A program made the translations under genes and the position numbers. The notes beneath the pieces are model-generated. The model was not told the origin of the DNA. It saw only the letters and a list, made by a program, of their open reading frames with translations, and made no database searches. Below, piece after piece: positions 1-9,761 of a stretch of DNA of 64,000 bases. The stretch comes from Candidatus Pacearchaeota archaeon (GTDB lineage: Archaea > Nanobdellota > Nanobdellia > Pacearchaeales > JAPDKA01), in NCBI GenBank assembly GCA_038890875.1, contig JAWAFA010000001.1, positions 419,910 to 483,909 of the forward strand, read 5' to 3'. The number at the start of each line of letters is the position of its first letter. The stretch's first letter is position 1.

Positions 1-1045
1 CTTGTTTAACAACCTCTGTGATAGTATTTATTATTTCCATAAAACTGACAGGCCCACTCGCGATTCCACTAGTTGTTAAAACAACATCATTTCTTGGACG
101 CAGTAAAGAATAATTCATTCCAACTCCCCCTCCTGCTTTACCGATGAAAGCTGCCTCGCTAGCAGATTTCATTATACTAACCAAACTATCTTCAATTGGT
201 AGAACAAAACAAGCACTTAGCTGTCCTAACTTATTTCCAGCATTCATAAGTGTAGGGCTATTTGGCATGAAGTCCTTACTAACCATCAAATCATAGTATT
301 CCTTAATATTTTTTTCATACTCTTTAAATTCCTCTCCCTCTAACTTTTCAATTAGCTTTCTTACATTAATTTTAATTTTTCCATCACGCAAAAGTCTTGA
401 ATAGCCAAGAAGCAAAGCCTCAACATGCCATTTGTTTAAACTATAATTACCAACATTAATCTTAATCCCTTCTCTCTCATTTCTAGCTTTTAACTCTTCA
501 ACTTCTTTTAACTCTTCTTCTATCTCTCTATCTTTTAAACAACCTATTCCATCCTTATTAAAAACACGTTGATCATGCAAAATATCAGCAAGTCCAATAG
601 AAATAGCAACTCTTTCAAAAAGTTGCTTCGGGCTTTCAATTATCTTGCCTTCTTCATCTTTATTTAAATACCTACTTGCTAGAACACGTAGAGCATTTAG
701 ATCAAAATTTTTATCAACTTCATCTATTCCATCTTTACAGAGTATTTTTTTCTTTTCCTCTCTTATAAAACGTCTTTCTTGTCTATAAAGTATATACGCC
801 TTAGCAGTCTTTGCATGACCCTCCTCAATCAAAACTTTTTCAACAACATCCTGAACATCTTCAACACTAGGAATTTTTTCAGTGAATACTCTTTCTAACT
901 CTTCTACAACTTTATCAGCGAGTTTATAAGCTAATTGTTTATCTCTTCCACCAACAGCTTTCACAGCTTTCCATATTGCTTCAGCAATTTTTGTTTTATC
1001 AAACTCGACGATTCTACCGTCTCTTTTGATAATCTGTTTTATCAT
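1..1045 (-). CDS. Ribonucleotide reductase large subunit, N-terminal part (ATP-cone + catalytic core start). The ORF is open to the window edge, so the C-terminus lies outside.
   Basis: Minus-strand translation from ATG at 1045-1043 gives MIKQIIKRDGRIVEFDKTKIAEAIWKAV (ATP-cone motif) and later NSPTLMNAGNKLGQLSACFVLP (RNR active-site region). No stop occurs before position 1. Confidence 0.75.
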   Translation of the reverse strand, partial: MIKQIIKRDGRIVEFDKTKIAEAIWKAVKAVGGRDKQLAYKLADKVVEELERVFTEKIPSVEDVQDVVEKVLIEEGHAKTAKAYILYRQERRFIREEKKKILCKDGIDEVDKNFDLNALRVLASRYLNKDEEGKIIESPKQLFERVAISIGLADILHDQRVFNKDGIGCLKDREIEEELKEVEELKARNEREGIKINVGNYSLNKWHVEALLLGYSRLLRDGKIKINVRKLIEKLEGEEFKEYEKNIKEYYDLMVSKDFMPNSPTLMNAGNKLGQLSACFVLPIEDSLVSIMKSASEAAFIGKAGGGVGMNYSLLRPRNDVVLTTSGIASGPVSFMEIINTITEVVKQ

Positions 1046-1205
1046 CCTCTTTTTTGTTTTTTATTTAATTTTAAAAAAAATTATTTTAAAAATATTTTAA
1101 TCGTTAAAAATATATATTAAATGTTAAAAAGAAACAAAGGTTATAATTGATTTTCATGTGGAATTTTTATCAAAATTTTTAAAAATATAAAATATAACCA
1201 GTTAT

Positions 1206-2345
1206 ATGGTCAACAAATTTTTAACCACATTAATAAAAATTATTCTAATAATCTTTGCAATAATCGGGGTTATTTTCGTCGGAATAACTATATATAAAAT
1301 CGCTTCGGATAAATATCCTGAGTTTGATTTTACTTTTTATATCGAAGAAACAGGTGAGCCACTTGACGGCAATGTTTATTTAGATGAAATATTCTTAGGA
1401 ACAACAAATAATGGAGTATTACATCTTGATAATATAAGTATCTTGCATTCAGGAGAATTAAAATTCAATGGGACATATAAAGGCATTCCTTTTGAATTTT
1501 ATTATGAGTTTTATAAAGATTTTATAGAGTATGGAACATATGGTTTTGTGGTAAGTTTAAACGAGTTAAAAGAACTTTCATTTGATGCATCAAAACTTGA
1601 TTTAAGAAAAATTGAAAGAGAAATATTTAATTTAGTTAATCTAGAGAGAAAAAAATATCCTGCTGCAGGAATGAGAGAATTAAGATGGAACGATAAAATA
1701 GCAGAAATCTCAAGACGCCATAGTCAAGATATGTTAAAGAAAGAATATTTTGCTCATAAAACATTAGAAAATGTAGAAACTTTAGAAACTACAGATTTTA
1801 AAGAAAGATTAAAAAAAGAAAAAATTTTTTATCTAGTCTCTGGCGAGAATCTTGCCTTAATTTCTGTCAACTCTTCAACAAATATAGCTAAAGAGGCTAT
1901 CGAAGGCTGGTTAAAAAGCCCTAGTCATAGGTCTACATTACTAGATTTAGATAATCTTTATAGCGATGCTGGTGTTGGTATTGCTTGTAGTAAGAATATT
2001 TGTTATATAACACTAGATCTTATATCTCTAATGATAGTTATTAATGAAGAAATGAAAAGAGGATATTGTTGGTTTGTCCCTTTATATGAACAATCTTTAC
2101 CCTTCGACTTTGATGTAAAAGCTAAAATCAAATTAAACTCCACTGAAAAAATTGACTTTTATATAGTAAAAAACGATTCTGCAGTAAGAGATTGCATCTA
2201 TCGACGCAAAATAAACGCTATTAAGGAATACAAAGATGTAAATAAATTAGAAGATGAAATAACACTATCAAAAGAAAATGGGGTCTTAATAAGTACTCCT
2301 TATTCAAACACAAATTTAACTATTTTTGTAGATTACATTAATTAA
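1206..2345 (+). CDS. Membrane-anchored or secreted CAP/SCP/PR-1 superfamily protein.
   Basis: N-terminal TM helix. CAP-domain motifs ELRWNDKIAEISRRHSQDM and GWLKSPSHRSTLLD...AGVGIA. Confidence 0.55.
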   Translation: MVNKFLTTLIKIILIIFAIIGVIFVGITIYKIASDKYPEFDFTFYIEETGEPLDGNVYLDEIFLGTTNNGVLHLDNISILHSGELKFNGTYKGIPFEFYYEFYKDFIEYGTYGFVVSLNELKELSFDASKLDLRKIEREIFNLVNLERKKYPAAGMRELRWNDKIAEISRRHSQDMLKKEYFAHKTLENVETLETTDFKERLKKEKIFYLVSGENLALISVNSSTNIAKEAIEGWLKSPSHRSTLLDLDNLYSDAGVGIACSKNICYITLDLISLMIVINEEMKRGYCWFVPLYEQSLPFDFDVKAKIKLNSTEKIDFYIVKNDSAVRDCIYRRKINAIKEYKDVNKLEDEITLSKENGVLISTPYSNTNLTIFVDYIN

Positions 2346-2429
2346 AATAATCTTGAATTTTCTCCAAAGAAAAAGAGAATTAAAATGTAAAAAAACAAAA
2401 ATTTAAATTTAACAAAGATTAAATTAAAA

Positions 2430-4172
2430 ATGCAAATCCGCCAACCAATCGTCACTGTAGCAGGTCATGTTGACCATGGCAAGACGTCGCTGCTAGATAC
2501 AATTAGGCAAACAAAAGTTGCCGAAAAGGAGGCTGGAGCAATAACACAGAAAATCTCTTTTAGCACTGTTACGAAGGAGTTTATTGAGACAAAATATAGT
2601 GAACTACTAAAGATGTTGAAAATTAAAATACAAGTTCCAGGCTTCCTTTTTATCGATACTCCAGGGCATGCCGCCTTTACTAATTTAAGACAAAGAGGTG
2701 GTAGCATTGCTGATCTAGCAATCTTGGTTATCGATATCAATGAAGGTATCATGGAACAAACTCGCGAAACGATAGAAATTTTAAAAGCAAATAGGACGCC
2801 TTTTTTAATTGTATTAAATAAAATTGATAAACTTCCTGGATGGAAGCCAAGTGAAAAGCCTATTTTCGAAACCTTGCAAATGCAGCAAAGTTTTACCTTA
2901 CAAGAATTTAATAGTAAGGTGGTTAATATTATAACAGCACTATCGATAATTGGTTTTGATGCTGAACTTTATTGGCAGATAAGTGATTTTACTAAAAAAG
3001 TAGCTTTAGTGCCTTGTTCGGCCAAAACTAAAGATGGAGTCGGCGATGTTCTTGTTGTGCTTGCAGGTCTTGCACAGAAATATCTTGTTAAAAAATTGCA
3101 TCTTGGTAAAGAAGCAAGAGGAAATATAATCGAAGTTATTAAAGAAAAAGGAATTATTCAATATGATTGTATCCTTTGTGATGGAACACTTAGTAAGGAT
3201 GACTATTTAATAATCGCTAGCTTTGAGGAGCCAATAGTAGCGAGAATAAAAGCGCTTTTTGAAGTTCTGCCTCTTGGTAAAGGCTTTAAACCAATTGAGA
3301 GCATAACTGCAGCAACAGGTTTTCGTGTATTACTTGCTACAGAAAAAGAGATCTATGCTGGCATGCCTTTTATTGCTTCAAAAATAGAAAAAATAAGCGA
3401 GGAGAAGAAAAATGAATTAGTAACCATAGTAAAAAATATATTAAAAGCTGATAAAAAAGGGATTATTGTTAAAGCTGAATCTCTTGGCTCACTCGAAGCA
3501 TTAATTGGCTTGTTAAAAAAGAATGGAATTTTGATTAAGAAAGCAATTATTGGAGATATAACCAAAAACGATGTTGTCCTTGCTTTGAGCAATCTTACCG
3601 AAGATCCACTAAATGCAGTGATTCTTGGTTTTAATGTCACTGTTACCCCAGAAGCGATCGCTGAAGCTGAAGGAAAAGTTGCTATTTTTACCAATAACAT
3701 TATCTATCGACTTATTGAAAATTTTTTTGCTTGGCGTGAAACTAAAGAACATGAACTTGAAAGGCAAAAGTTAGCGCAGCTAACATTCCCAGCAAAAATT
3801 CAATTGTTAAAAGGTATGGTTTTTAGAAGAAGTAAACCAGCAATTTGTGGAATAAAAGTGTTAGCCGGGCTGCTTAAAAAGGATACTCCCTTGATGAATG
3901 TTGAAGGTAAACACATTACTAAAGTTAAAAGTATGCAATCGGAAAATAAGCCAATCGAAGAAGCGAGAAAAAATGAGGAAGTAGCAATTTCTTTACCAGA
4001 TGTCACAATCGATAGACAGGTAAAAGAAGAAGAAATCTTATATAGTGATTTAAGTGAGGATGAGTTTAAAAAGTTAAAAGCCAATAAATCATTGCTCACA
4101 TCTGATGAGCTTCAATTGCTTGATGAAATTGCTGAAATAAAGCGAAGGCAGAAAGCAACCTGGGGTGTTTAA
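2430..4172 (+). CDS. infB: Translation initiation factor aIF5B (IF2 homologue).
   Basis: G1 motif GHVDHGKTSLLD and DTPGH. 580 aa with typical aIF5B domain order. Confidence 0.9.
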   Translation: MQIRQPIVTVAGHVDHGKTSLLDTIRQTKVAEKEAGAITQKISFSTVTKEFIETKYSELLKMLKIKIQVPGFLFIDTPGHAAFTNLRQRGGSIADLAILVIDINEGIMEQTRETIEILKANRTPFLIVLNKIDKLPGWKPSEKPIFETLQMQQSFTLQEFNSKVVNIITALSIIGFDAELYWQISDFTKKVALVPCSAKTKDGVGDVLVVLAGLAQKYLVKKLHLGKEARGNIIEVIKEKGIIQYDCILCDGTLSKDDYLIIASFEEPIVARIKALFEVLPLGKGFKPIESITAATGFRVLLATEKEIYAGMPFIASKIEKISEEKKNELVTIVKNILKADKKGIIVKAESLGSLEALIGLLKKNGILIKKAIIGDITKNDVVLALSNLTEDPLNAVILGFNVTVTPEAIAEAEGKVAIFTNNIIYRLIENFFAWRETKEHELERQKLAQLTFPAKIQLLKGMVFRRSKPAICGIKVLAGLLKKDTPLMNVEGKHITKVKSMQSENKPIEEARKNEEVAISLPDVTIDRQVKEEEILYSDLSEDEFKKLKANKSLLTSDELQLLDEIAEIKRRQKATWGV

Positions 4173-4175
4173 TAA

Positions 4176-4646
4176 CTAACCAAAGAGCTTGCCGATTACA
4201 AATGTAACTAAAATCACGACTGCAGCTATCGTCAAATGTTCTAAAATAACTTTATAAGATTTTATTTTTTCTTTTTTTGAAATATAGTAACTGAGCATAC
4301 TAAGAAGAAAGATTCCGTAGGTGATACTTAGTATTACTGCAATTGTTTTTGAAAAAAGAATGATAAAAATAAGAAAACTTAAGGCAATAAAAAATTTTGC
4401 TAGAAAAGTTGTAAATGTTGCTTCCCATATATATTTTGTTTTGTATTTTGCCTCAGCTTCAGTTCCAATATGCATGCCTAAAGCATCACTCAATGCATCA
4501 GCGATAGCAATAGTGATAACTCCTGCAACAACAATTGTTTTTGAATTGGCTGAAAAATATAACCCGATTATTAAACCAAGAGTAGTAATCACGGCTGATG
4601 CTAAGCCAAAACCAAATCCTCTCTGCAAAAAACTATCAAAAGCCAT
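4176..4646 (-). CDS. VIT1/CCC1-like (DUF125) membrane protein.
   Basis: Multi-TM protein. ADALSDALGMHIGTEAEAKY resembles the VIT-family GAlSMAaGEYvS motif. Confidence 0.4.
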   Translation of the reverse strand: MAFDSFLQRGFGFGLASAVITTLGLIIGLYFSANSKTIVVAGVITIAIADALSDALGMHIGTEAEAKYKTKYIWEATFTTFLAKFFIALSFLIFIILFSKTIAVILSITYGIFLLSMLSYYISKKEKIKSYKVILEHLTIAAVVILVTFVIGKLFG

Positions 4647-4675
4647 TTAAAATTAAGACGTCAGAGTTAAAAAAG

Positions 4676-4688
4676 CTTTTTAAATAAC
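4676..4688 (+). promoter_or_regulatory. TATA-like box about 23 nt upstream of the rps6e start (leaderless-type archaeal promoter).
   Basis: tttttaaata ends about 20 nt before ATG 4705. Confidence 0.3.
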
Positions 4689-4704
4689 AAAAATAAAAAA
4701 AATT

Positions 4705-5097
4705 ATGAAACTTGATATTGCTGCAAAAAATGGAAAAACTTATCATTATGAACTTGCTAAAGAGAAAGAGGTATTATTTATTGGTAAAAAGATAGGTGAA
4801 AAGATAGCCGGGGATGAATTAGGCAATGATTTTAAGGGCTATGAGTTTGAAATAACCGGTTTTTCAGATATTCGTGGATTTCCTGGAGTTAAGGGAATTC
4901 CTGGAAGTAATGTAAGAAAAGTTTTACTTGGTTATGGAGTAGGAATGCAGAAAAGAAGACCGAAAGGTATGAGAAAGAAAAAAAGTATTCATGGCGAAGA
5001 AATTGCTAATGATGTAGCCCAAGTGAATTTAAAGATAGTGAAAGAAGGTGAGAAAAAAATAGATGAAATTATCCCGCCAAAAGAAAAAAAAGAGTAA
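4705..5097 (+). CDS. rps6e: 30S ribosomal protein S6e.
   Basis: MKLDIAAKNGKTYHYEL...ITGFSDIRGFPGVKGIPGSNVRKVLL is typical S6e. Adjacent to aIF2-gamma as in many archaea. Confidence 0.85.
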   Translation: MKLDIAAKNGKTYHYELAKEKEVLFIGKKIGEKIAGDELGNDFKGYEFEITGFSDIRGFPGVKGIPGSNVRKVLLGYGVGMQKRRPKGMRKKKSIHGEEIANDVAQVNLKIVKEGEKKIDEIIPPKEKKE

Positions 5098-5152
5098 GCT
5101 TATTTCTAAAGCTTTTGCAAAACCTTTTTAAAAAACACAAATTAAGTTATTG

Positions 5153-6430
5153 ATGGAAAAACTAAAACAGGAAAAAATAGAAAAAGATAAAGTAAAATTT
5201 TTACAGCCCGATATAAATATTGGGTTAATTGGGCATATTGATCATGGCAAGACAACATTGCTTTACAAACTTTCTGGAAAATGGGCAGATGTGCATAGTG
5301 AAGAGTTAAAACGAGGGATTACAATAAAGCTTGGATATGCTAACATAATCATTAGAAAATGTGAGAAATGTGGTTATTTAACTTACAAAGAAAATTGCCC
5401 GAAATGTAAGGCTCAAACTTTACCTTTAAGAAGTGCAAGTTTCATTGATGCCCCAGGGCATAAGATGCTTATGGCCAGCATGCTCGGAGGAGCAGCGATA
5501 ATTGATGCAGCAATTCTTGTTATTGCCGCAAATGAGCCTTTTCCTCAACCACAAACAAAAGAACACTTTCTTGCTTTTAAAGCAAAAGGCATTAAAGATT
5601 TGATTATTGTCCAAAATAAAATCGATCTTGTAAGTAAGGAACAAGCACTTAAACAATATTATGAAATAAAAGAATTTATCAAAAAGAATTTTGACAAAGA
5701 AGTTTCTATCATTCCTTGCTCAGCTCAGCAAGAAGTTAACATCGACCTTGTTCTTAATGAAATCCTAAAATTGCCGAAACCTGAGCGCGATATTAATGCT
5801 ATTCCTTTATTCCTTGTTGTAAGAAGCTTTGATGTTAATCTTCCTGGCTCTAGCATTGATGATTTAAAAGGTGCCATTCTCGGGGGTACATTAAAGCAAG
5901 GCAGATTGAAAGTCGGGGATATAATTGAGATAAAGCCAGGCTTAGCTGTAACAAAAGAAGTAAAACATGAAAAAGTTATAGAATATAAAACTTTAAAAGC
6001 AAAAATAATAAGTTTAAGAAGTAATGGTGAATTGCAAGAAGCATTACCTTATGGCAATCTTGCAATTCAAACATCTCTCGATCCAGGATTAGGAAAAGCT
6101 GATAGACTTGCTGGTTCAATTGCTGGTCTCGAAGGAAGTTTGCCAGCGATAACAAAAGAAATTCAATTTAAAGCTCAACTTTTTGAAAAACTAGTTGGTA
6201 TAGAAAAGGAAGAGAGTATCAGCGATATTAAACCCAACGAGATTCTTCTTTTAAGCATAAATACTGCAGTGACTGTTGCTAAAGTTGTCAAAGTTGAAAA
6301 AAAAGGGAGAGAATTTTTCGTAAAAGCGAATCTTACAATACCAATTGTTCCCTTTGCAGGCTCTAATATAAGTATTGCAAGAAATTATCAAAACCAATGG
6401 CGTCTAATTGGTTGGGGAAGCCTGCTTTAA
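5153..6430 (+). CDS. eif2g: Translation initiation factor aIF2 gamma subunit.
   Basis: GHIDHGKTTL, the zinc-ribbon CEKCGY...CPKC, and DAPGH. The ORF track starts at TTG 5150; ATG at 5153 is more likely. Confidence 0.9.
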   Translation: MEKLKQEKIEKDKVKFLQPDINIGLIGHIDHGKTTLLYKLSGKWADVHSEELKRGITIKLGYANIIIRKCEKCGYLTYKENCPKCKAQTLPLRSASFIDAPGHKMLMASMLGGAAIIDAAILVIAANEPFPQPQTKEHFLAFKAKGIKDLIIVQNKIDLVSKEQALKQYYEIKEFIKKNFDKEVSIIPCSAQQEVNIDLVLNEILKLPKPERDINAIPLFLVVRSFDVNLPGSSIDDLKGAILGGTLKQGRLKVGDIIEIKPGLAVTKEVKHEKVIEYKTLKAKIISLRSNGELQEALPYGNLAIQTSLDPGLGKADRLAGSIAGLEGSLPAITKEIQFKAQLFEKLVGIEKEESISDIKPNEILLLSINTAVTVAKVVKVEKKGREFFVKANLTIPIVPFAGSNISIARNYQNQWRLIGWGSLL

Positions 6431-6443
6431 ACAAAAATTTAAA

Positions 6444-6851
6444 ATGAAAATTTTTCAACAAGAATTAAAATTGAAAACAAAGCAGAGAGTTGAAATTATT
6501 GATATAACTGAAAGTATTGATAAGGTAGTTAAACAATCAGGAATTAAAAATGGATTATGTTTTGTTAATGTTCTTCACGCTACGTCATGTGTAATTATTA
6601 ATGAGAATGAGCAAGGTTTATTAAAAGATATCAAAGCAAAAATTGAAGAACTTTTCCAAGGCAATTATAAACATGATCAAATTGATGATAATACAAAGGC
6701 GCATCTTGTCAGTGCTTTTATCGGCCAATCATGCAATTACCCTATCAAAGATAGCCATCTCGTTAGAGGAACATGGCAAAATTGTCTCTTTCTTGAGCTT
6801 GATGGCCCTCGTGAACGAAGAATATTTTTAACAATCTTTGGAGAAATATAG
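6444..6851 (+). CDS. YjbQ/UPF0047 family protein (secondary thiamine-phosphate synthase-like).
   Basis: HATSCVIINENE...DDNTKAHL...LVRGTWQNCLFLELDGPRERRIFL matches YjbQ signature regions. Start moved to ATG 6444 to avoid overlap with eif2g. Confidence 0.65.
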   Translation: MKIFQQELKLKTKQRVEIIDITESIDKVVKQSGIKNGLCFVNVLHATSCVIINENEQGLLKDIKAKIEELFQGNYKHDQIDDNTKAHLVSAFIGQSCNYPIKDSHLVRGTWQNCLFLELDGPRERRIFLTIFGEI

Positions 6852-6859
6852 CTCTTAGG

Positions 6860-9367
6860 CTAGGAGCTATTGGAGTTATTGAGGGTTGTTGGCTCTGTTT
6901 TTATAACATCGACATCTATAACTTCGTCATCCGATTTTAACTTAATAATTCTCACTCCTTGAGCAATCCGTGACATGCTCCTTATATCTTTAGCATTGAA
7001 TCTAATTATAATCCCCTGTTTTGTTATTAAAATTATACTCTCATTTCCTAGAATTGTTTTAATACAAACAACTTTTCCTGTTTTTTCACTTAATGAAATA
7101 TTCTTCACTCCTATTGCAGCCCTCTTTGTTAATCTATATTCTTCAATAGGTGTTTTTTTGCCATAACCTTTACTCGTAACTGTTAAAAGCTGTGAACCAG
7201 GTTCAACAATTGTCATGTCTGCAACTTGATCATTCTTTAGCTTAACAGCTGTCACTCCATAAGCAGCTCTTCCCATCTCTCTAACTTCACTACTATTAAA
7301 TCTTACAGCCATCCCTTGTGCGGTAGCAATTATAATTTCACTATCTTTTTCTAAAACAAATGCTTCAACAATTTCATCATCGAAAGGGAGTTTTATTGCG
7401 CGAATGCCACTCTTTTTTATATTTCTGAACTCTTCTAAACTTGTTTTCTTTATTATCCCTTTTCTTGTGACAATTAATAAAAATTGTCTTCCCCCTTTTG
7501 CTTCACCCTTTTCAGCCTTAGCCTTCATTACAATCACTGCTTTTAACCTTTCTTCAGGCTTTATTGCTAACAAATTACTTATATGCTTTCCTTTGCCATA
7601 TCTTGAAGATTTTTGAATTTCATAAGCACGAAGCAAAAATGCATTGCCTCGATTTGTTATAAAGAGAATGTTATCATGTGTTGAACATGCAATAATCTTA
7701 TTAATATAATCATTTTCAGTAAGCATAGTCCCAATTATTCCTTTACCACCTCTCTTTTGCTCGCGAAACTCTTCAATGCTGATAGCATTTATATACCCTC
7801 TATAACTCAATGTTAAAACTATATCCTCTTTTTTTATCAATTCAATCTCACGAATTTCTTTTTTTTCAGCCATGATCTTTGTTTTTCTTTCATCTCCATA
7901 CTTATTTTTTATTTCACGAAGTTCTTCTTCAATTACTTTCAAAATATTTTGTTCAGATTTCAAAATCTCACTAAGTTCAGAAATCTTTCTCTCAAGTTGT
8001 TGTTTTTCTTCCTGTATTCTTTCTTGTTCAAGTTTTGTTAAACGTGAAAGTTTTAAATCAAGAATTGCTTGCGCTTGTTTTTTAGTTAAACCAAAATTGC
8101 TGATTAGCAACTTTTCTGCAACTGTAACTGAATCAGCCTTTTTAATTGTTTCAATAACCTTATCTATCACGCCCAAAGCAATAATAAATCCATCAAGAAT
8201 ATGCTTCCTTTCAGTTGCAACCTCTAGCTCATATCTTGTTCTTCTTTTTACAACCTCTTTTCTATGCTTAACATAATACTCTATAGCATCTTTCAAATTT
8301 AGTAATTTTGGTATTCCAGAAACGAGAGCAACGAAAATTGCATTAAAACTAGTTTCAAGCGAAGTATAGTTATAAAGTCGATTTATTATCAATTTTTCAT
8401 TGGCCTCTTTTTTTAGTTGTAACACTATCCTAATCCCTGCCTTTGTCGATTCATCACGCAAATCGCTCACATCAGGAAGTTTTTTTGTTTCGATAAGCTT
8501 AGCTATCTCTTGAATTAAAATTGATTTATTAACTTGATATGGTAGTTCCTTAATTATAACATACTTTTTACCAGCTTTTTCTTCACTGCTTACCACACCA
8601 CGCATAATTATCTTACCAACTCCTTTTTCATACATTTCTTTCATTCCTTGAGTAAAAATAATGCCTCCCGTCGGAAAATCAGGACCTTTAATGTAATCTA
8701 AAAGTTCATTAATACTAATTTGTGAATTTTTTATGTAAGCAATAATAGCATCAACAACTTCAGTTAAATTGTGTGGTGGTATTGATGTAGCCATACCTAC
8801 AGCGATTCCTTGTGAACCATTTATCAATAAATTTGGCAATTTTGCTGGTAGCACAACTGGTTCTTTCATGCTGTTATCAAAATTGGGCATGAATGGAACA
8901 GTTTCTTTATCCAAATCTTTCAAGAGCTCAACAGCAATTTTACTCAGCTTTGCTTCAGTATAACGCATTGCTGCAGGCGCATCTCCATCAATGCTCCCAA
9001 AATTTCCTTGACCAATAATCAAAGGATAACGTAGAGAAAAATCTTGAGCCATCCTTACTAAAGCATCATAAACAGCAATATCTCCGTGTGGATGTAATTT
9101 TCCGAGACATTCACCAACAATCCTTGCTGTTTTCTTTGTTGGTTTTTCTGGTAAAAGTCCCATTTCATACATTGAATATAATATCCTTCGCTGAACAGGT
9201 TTCAAGCCATCTTCAACACTTGGTAAAGCTCGCGCAACAATTACTGACATTGCATAATCAATATAGGCTTTGCTAACCTCTTCACTTATTTCAGCTACAT
9301 GACCATTTTTATTATTATCACTATTCATATTGTTTTCATTTTTTTCGTCTTTCTTATCTTTCTCCAT
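6860..9367 (-). CDS. gyrA: DNA gyrase subunit A.
   Basis: [26 protein letters not shown] and the active-site Tyr region. 835 aa. C-terminal beta-pinwheel repeats. Confidence 0.95.
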   Translation of the reverse strand: MEKDKKDEKNENNMNSDNNKNGHVAEISEEVSKAYIDYAMSVIVARALPSVEDGLKPVQRRILYSMYEMGLLPEKPTKKTARIVGECLGKLHPHGDIAVYDALVRMAQDFSLRYPLIIGQGNFGSIDGDAPAAMRYTEAKLSKIAVELLKDLDKETVPFMPNFDNSMKEPVVLPAKLPNLLINGSQGIAVGMATSIPPHNLTEVVDAIIAYIKNSQISINELLDYIKGPDFPTGGIIFTQGMKEMYEKGVGKIIMRGVVSSEEKAGKKYVIIKELPYQVNKSILIQEIAKLIETKKLPDVSDLRDESTKAGIRIVLQLKKEANEKLIINRLYNYTSLETSFNAIFVALVSGIPKLLNLKDAIEYYVKHRKEVVKRRTRYELEVATERKHILDGFIIALGVIDKVIETIKKADSVTVAEKLLISNFGLTKKQAQAILDLKLSRLTKLEQERIQEEKQQLERKISELSEILKSEQNILKVIEEELREIKNKYGDERKTKIMAEKKEIREIELIKKEDIVLTLSYRGYINAISIEEFREQKRGGKGIIGTMLTENDYINKIIACSTHDNILFITNRGNAFLLRAYEIQKSSRYGKGKHISNLLAIKPEERLKAVIVMKAKAEKGEAKGGRQFLLIVTRKGIIKKTSLEEFRNIKKSGIRAIKLPFDDEIVEAFVLEKDSEIIIATAQGMAVRFNSSEVREMGRAAYGVTAVKLKNDQVADMTIVEPGSQLLTVTSKGYGKKTPIEEYRLTKRAAIGVKNISLSEKTGKVVCIKTILGNESIILITKQGIIIRFNAKDIRSMSRIAQGVRIIKLKSDDEVIDVDVIKTEPTTLNNSNSS

Positions 9368-9389
9368 TTTCTCAATCTATTTTATTTAA

Positions 9390-9755
9390 TCAACAAGTAA
9401 CATGAAACAAGCCAGCCTTTTTTTCTTTGATTTGATTAAATATTCTAATTGCTTCAGGTGTTTTAGCTATTTTATACTTTATTTTTAATCTCTTTAATAG
9501 TTCAATCGCTCCTTCTTCGAGTTGAGCACATCCCTCTTGCCCTATCCCAAAAACTATTATTTCTGGCCTACCTTTACTTAATAAATTTTCAATTTCTTCT
9601 TTACAAAAATAATGGCCAGTTCCATATTTAATTTTACTTAATTCTCTACTTCTCTCACTAATCTCGCCATTAGCAAAAATAAAGATATCATGTTCATAAG
9701 TTTTCTTATTAACAGTTATGCTTCCAAACTCGGTTTTATTAATATAAGCCTCCAT
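9390..9755 (-). CDS. Mth938-like domain protein (DUF498 family).
   Basis: 121 aa. FGSITVNKKTYEHDIFI...IIVFGIG pattern resembles Mth938/AAMDC proteins. Confidence 0.4.
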   Translation of the reverse strand: MEAYINKTEFGSITVNKKTYEHDIFIFANGEISERSRELSKIKYGTGHYFCKEEIENLLSKGRPEIIVFGIGQEGCAQLEEGAIELLKRLKIKYKIAKTPEAIRIFNQIKEKKAGLFHVTC

Positions 9756-9761
9756 TTTTAT

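Noticed and set aside
7872-8276. Plus-strand ORFs inside gyrA and gyrB (also 6975..7166, 7404..7616, 8769..8963, 9088..9276, 9796..10017, 10339..10752).
   Set aside because: All lie antisense within the highly conserved gyrase genes. Their translations are Ser/Leu/Phe-rich low-complexity strings.
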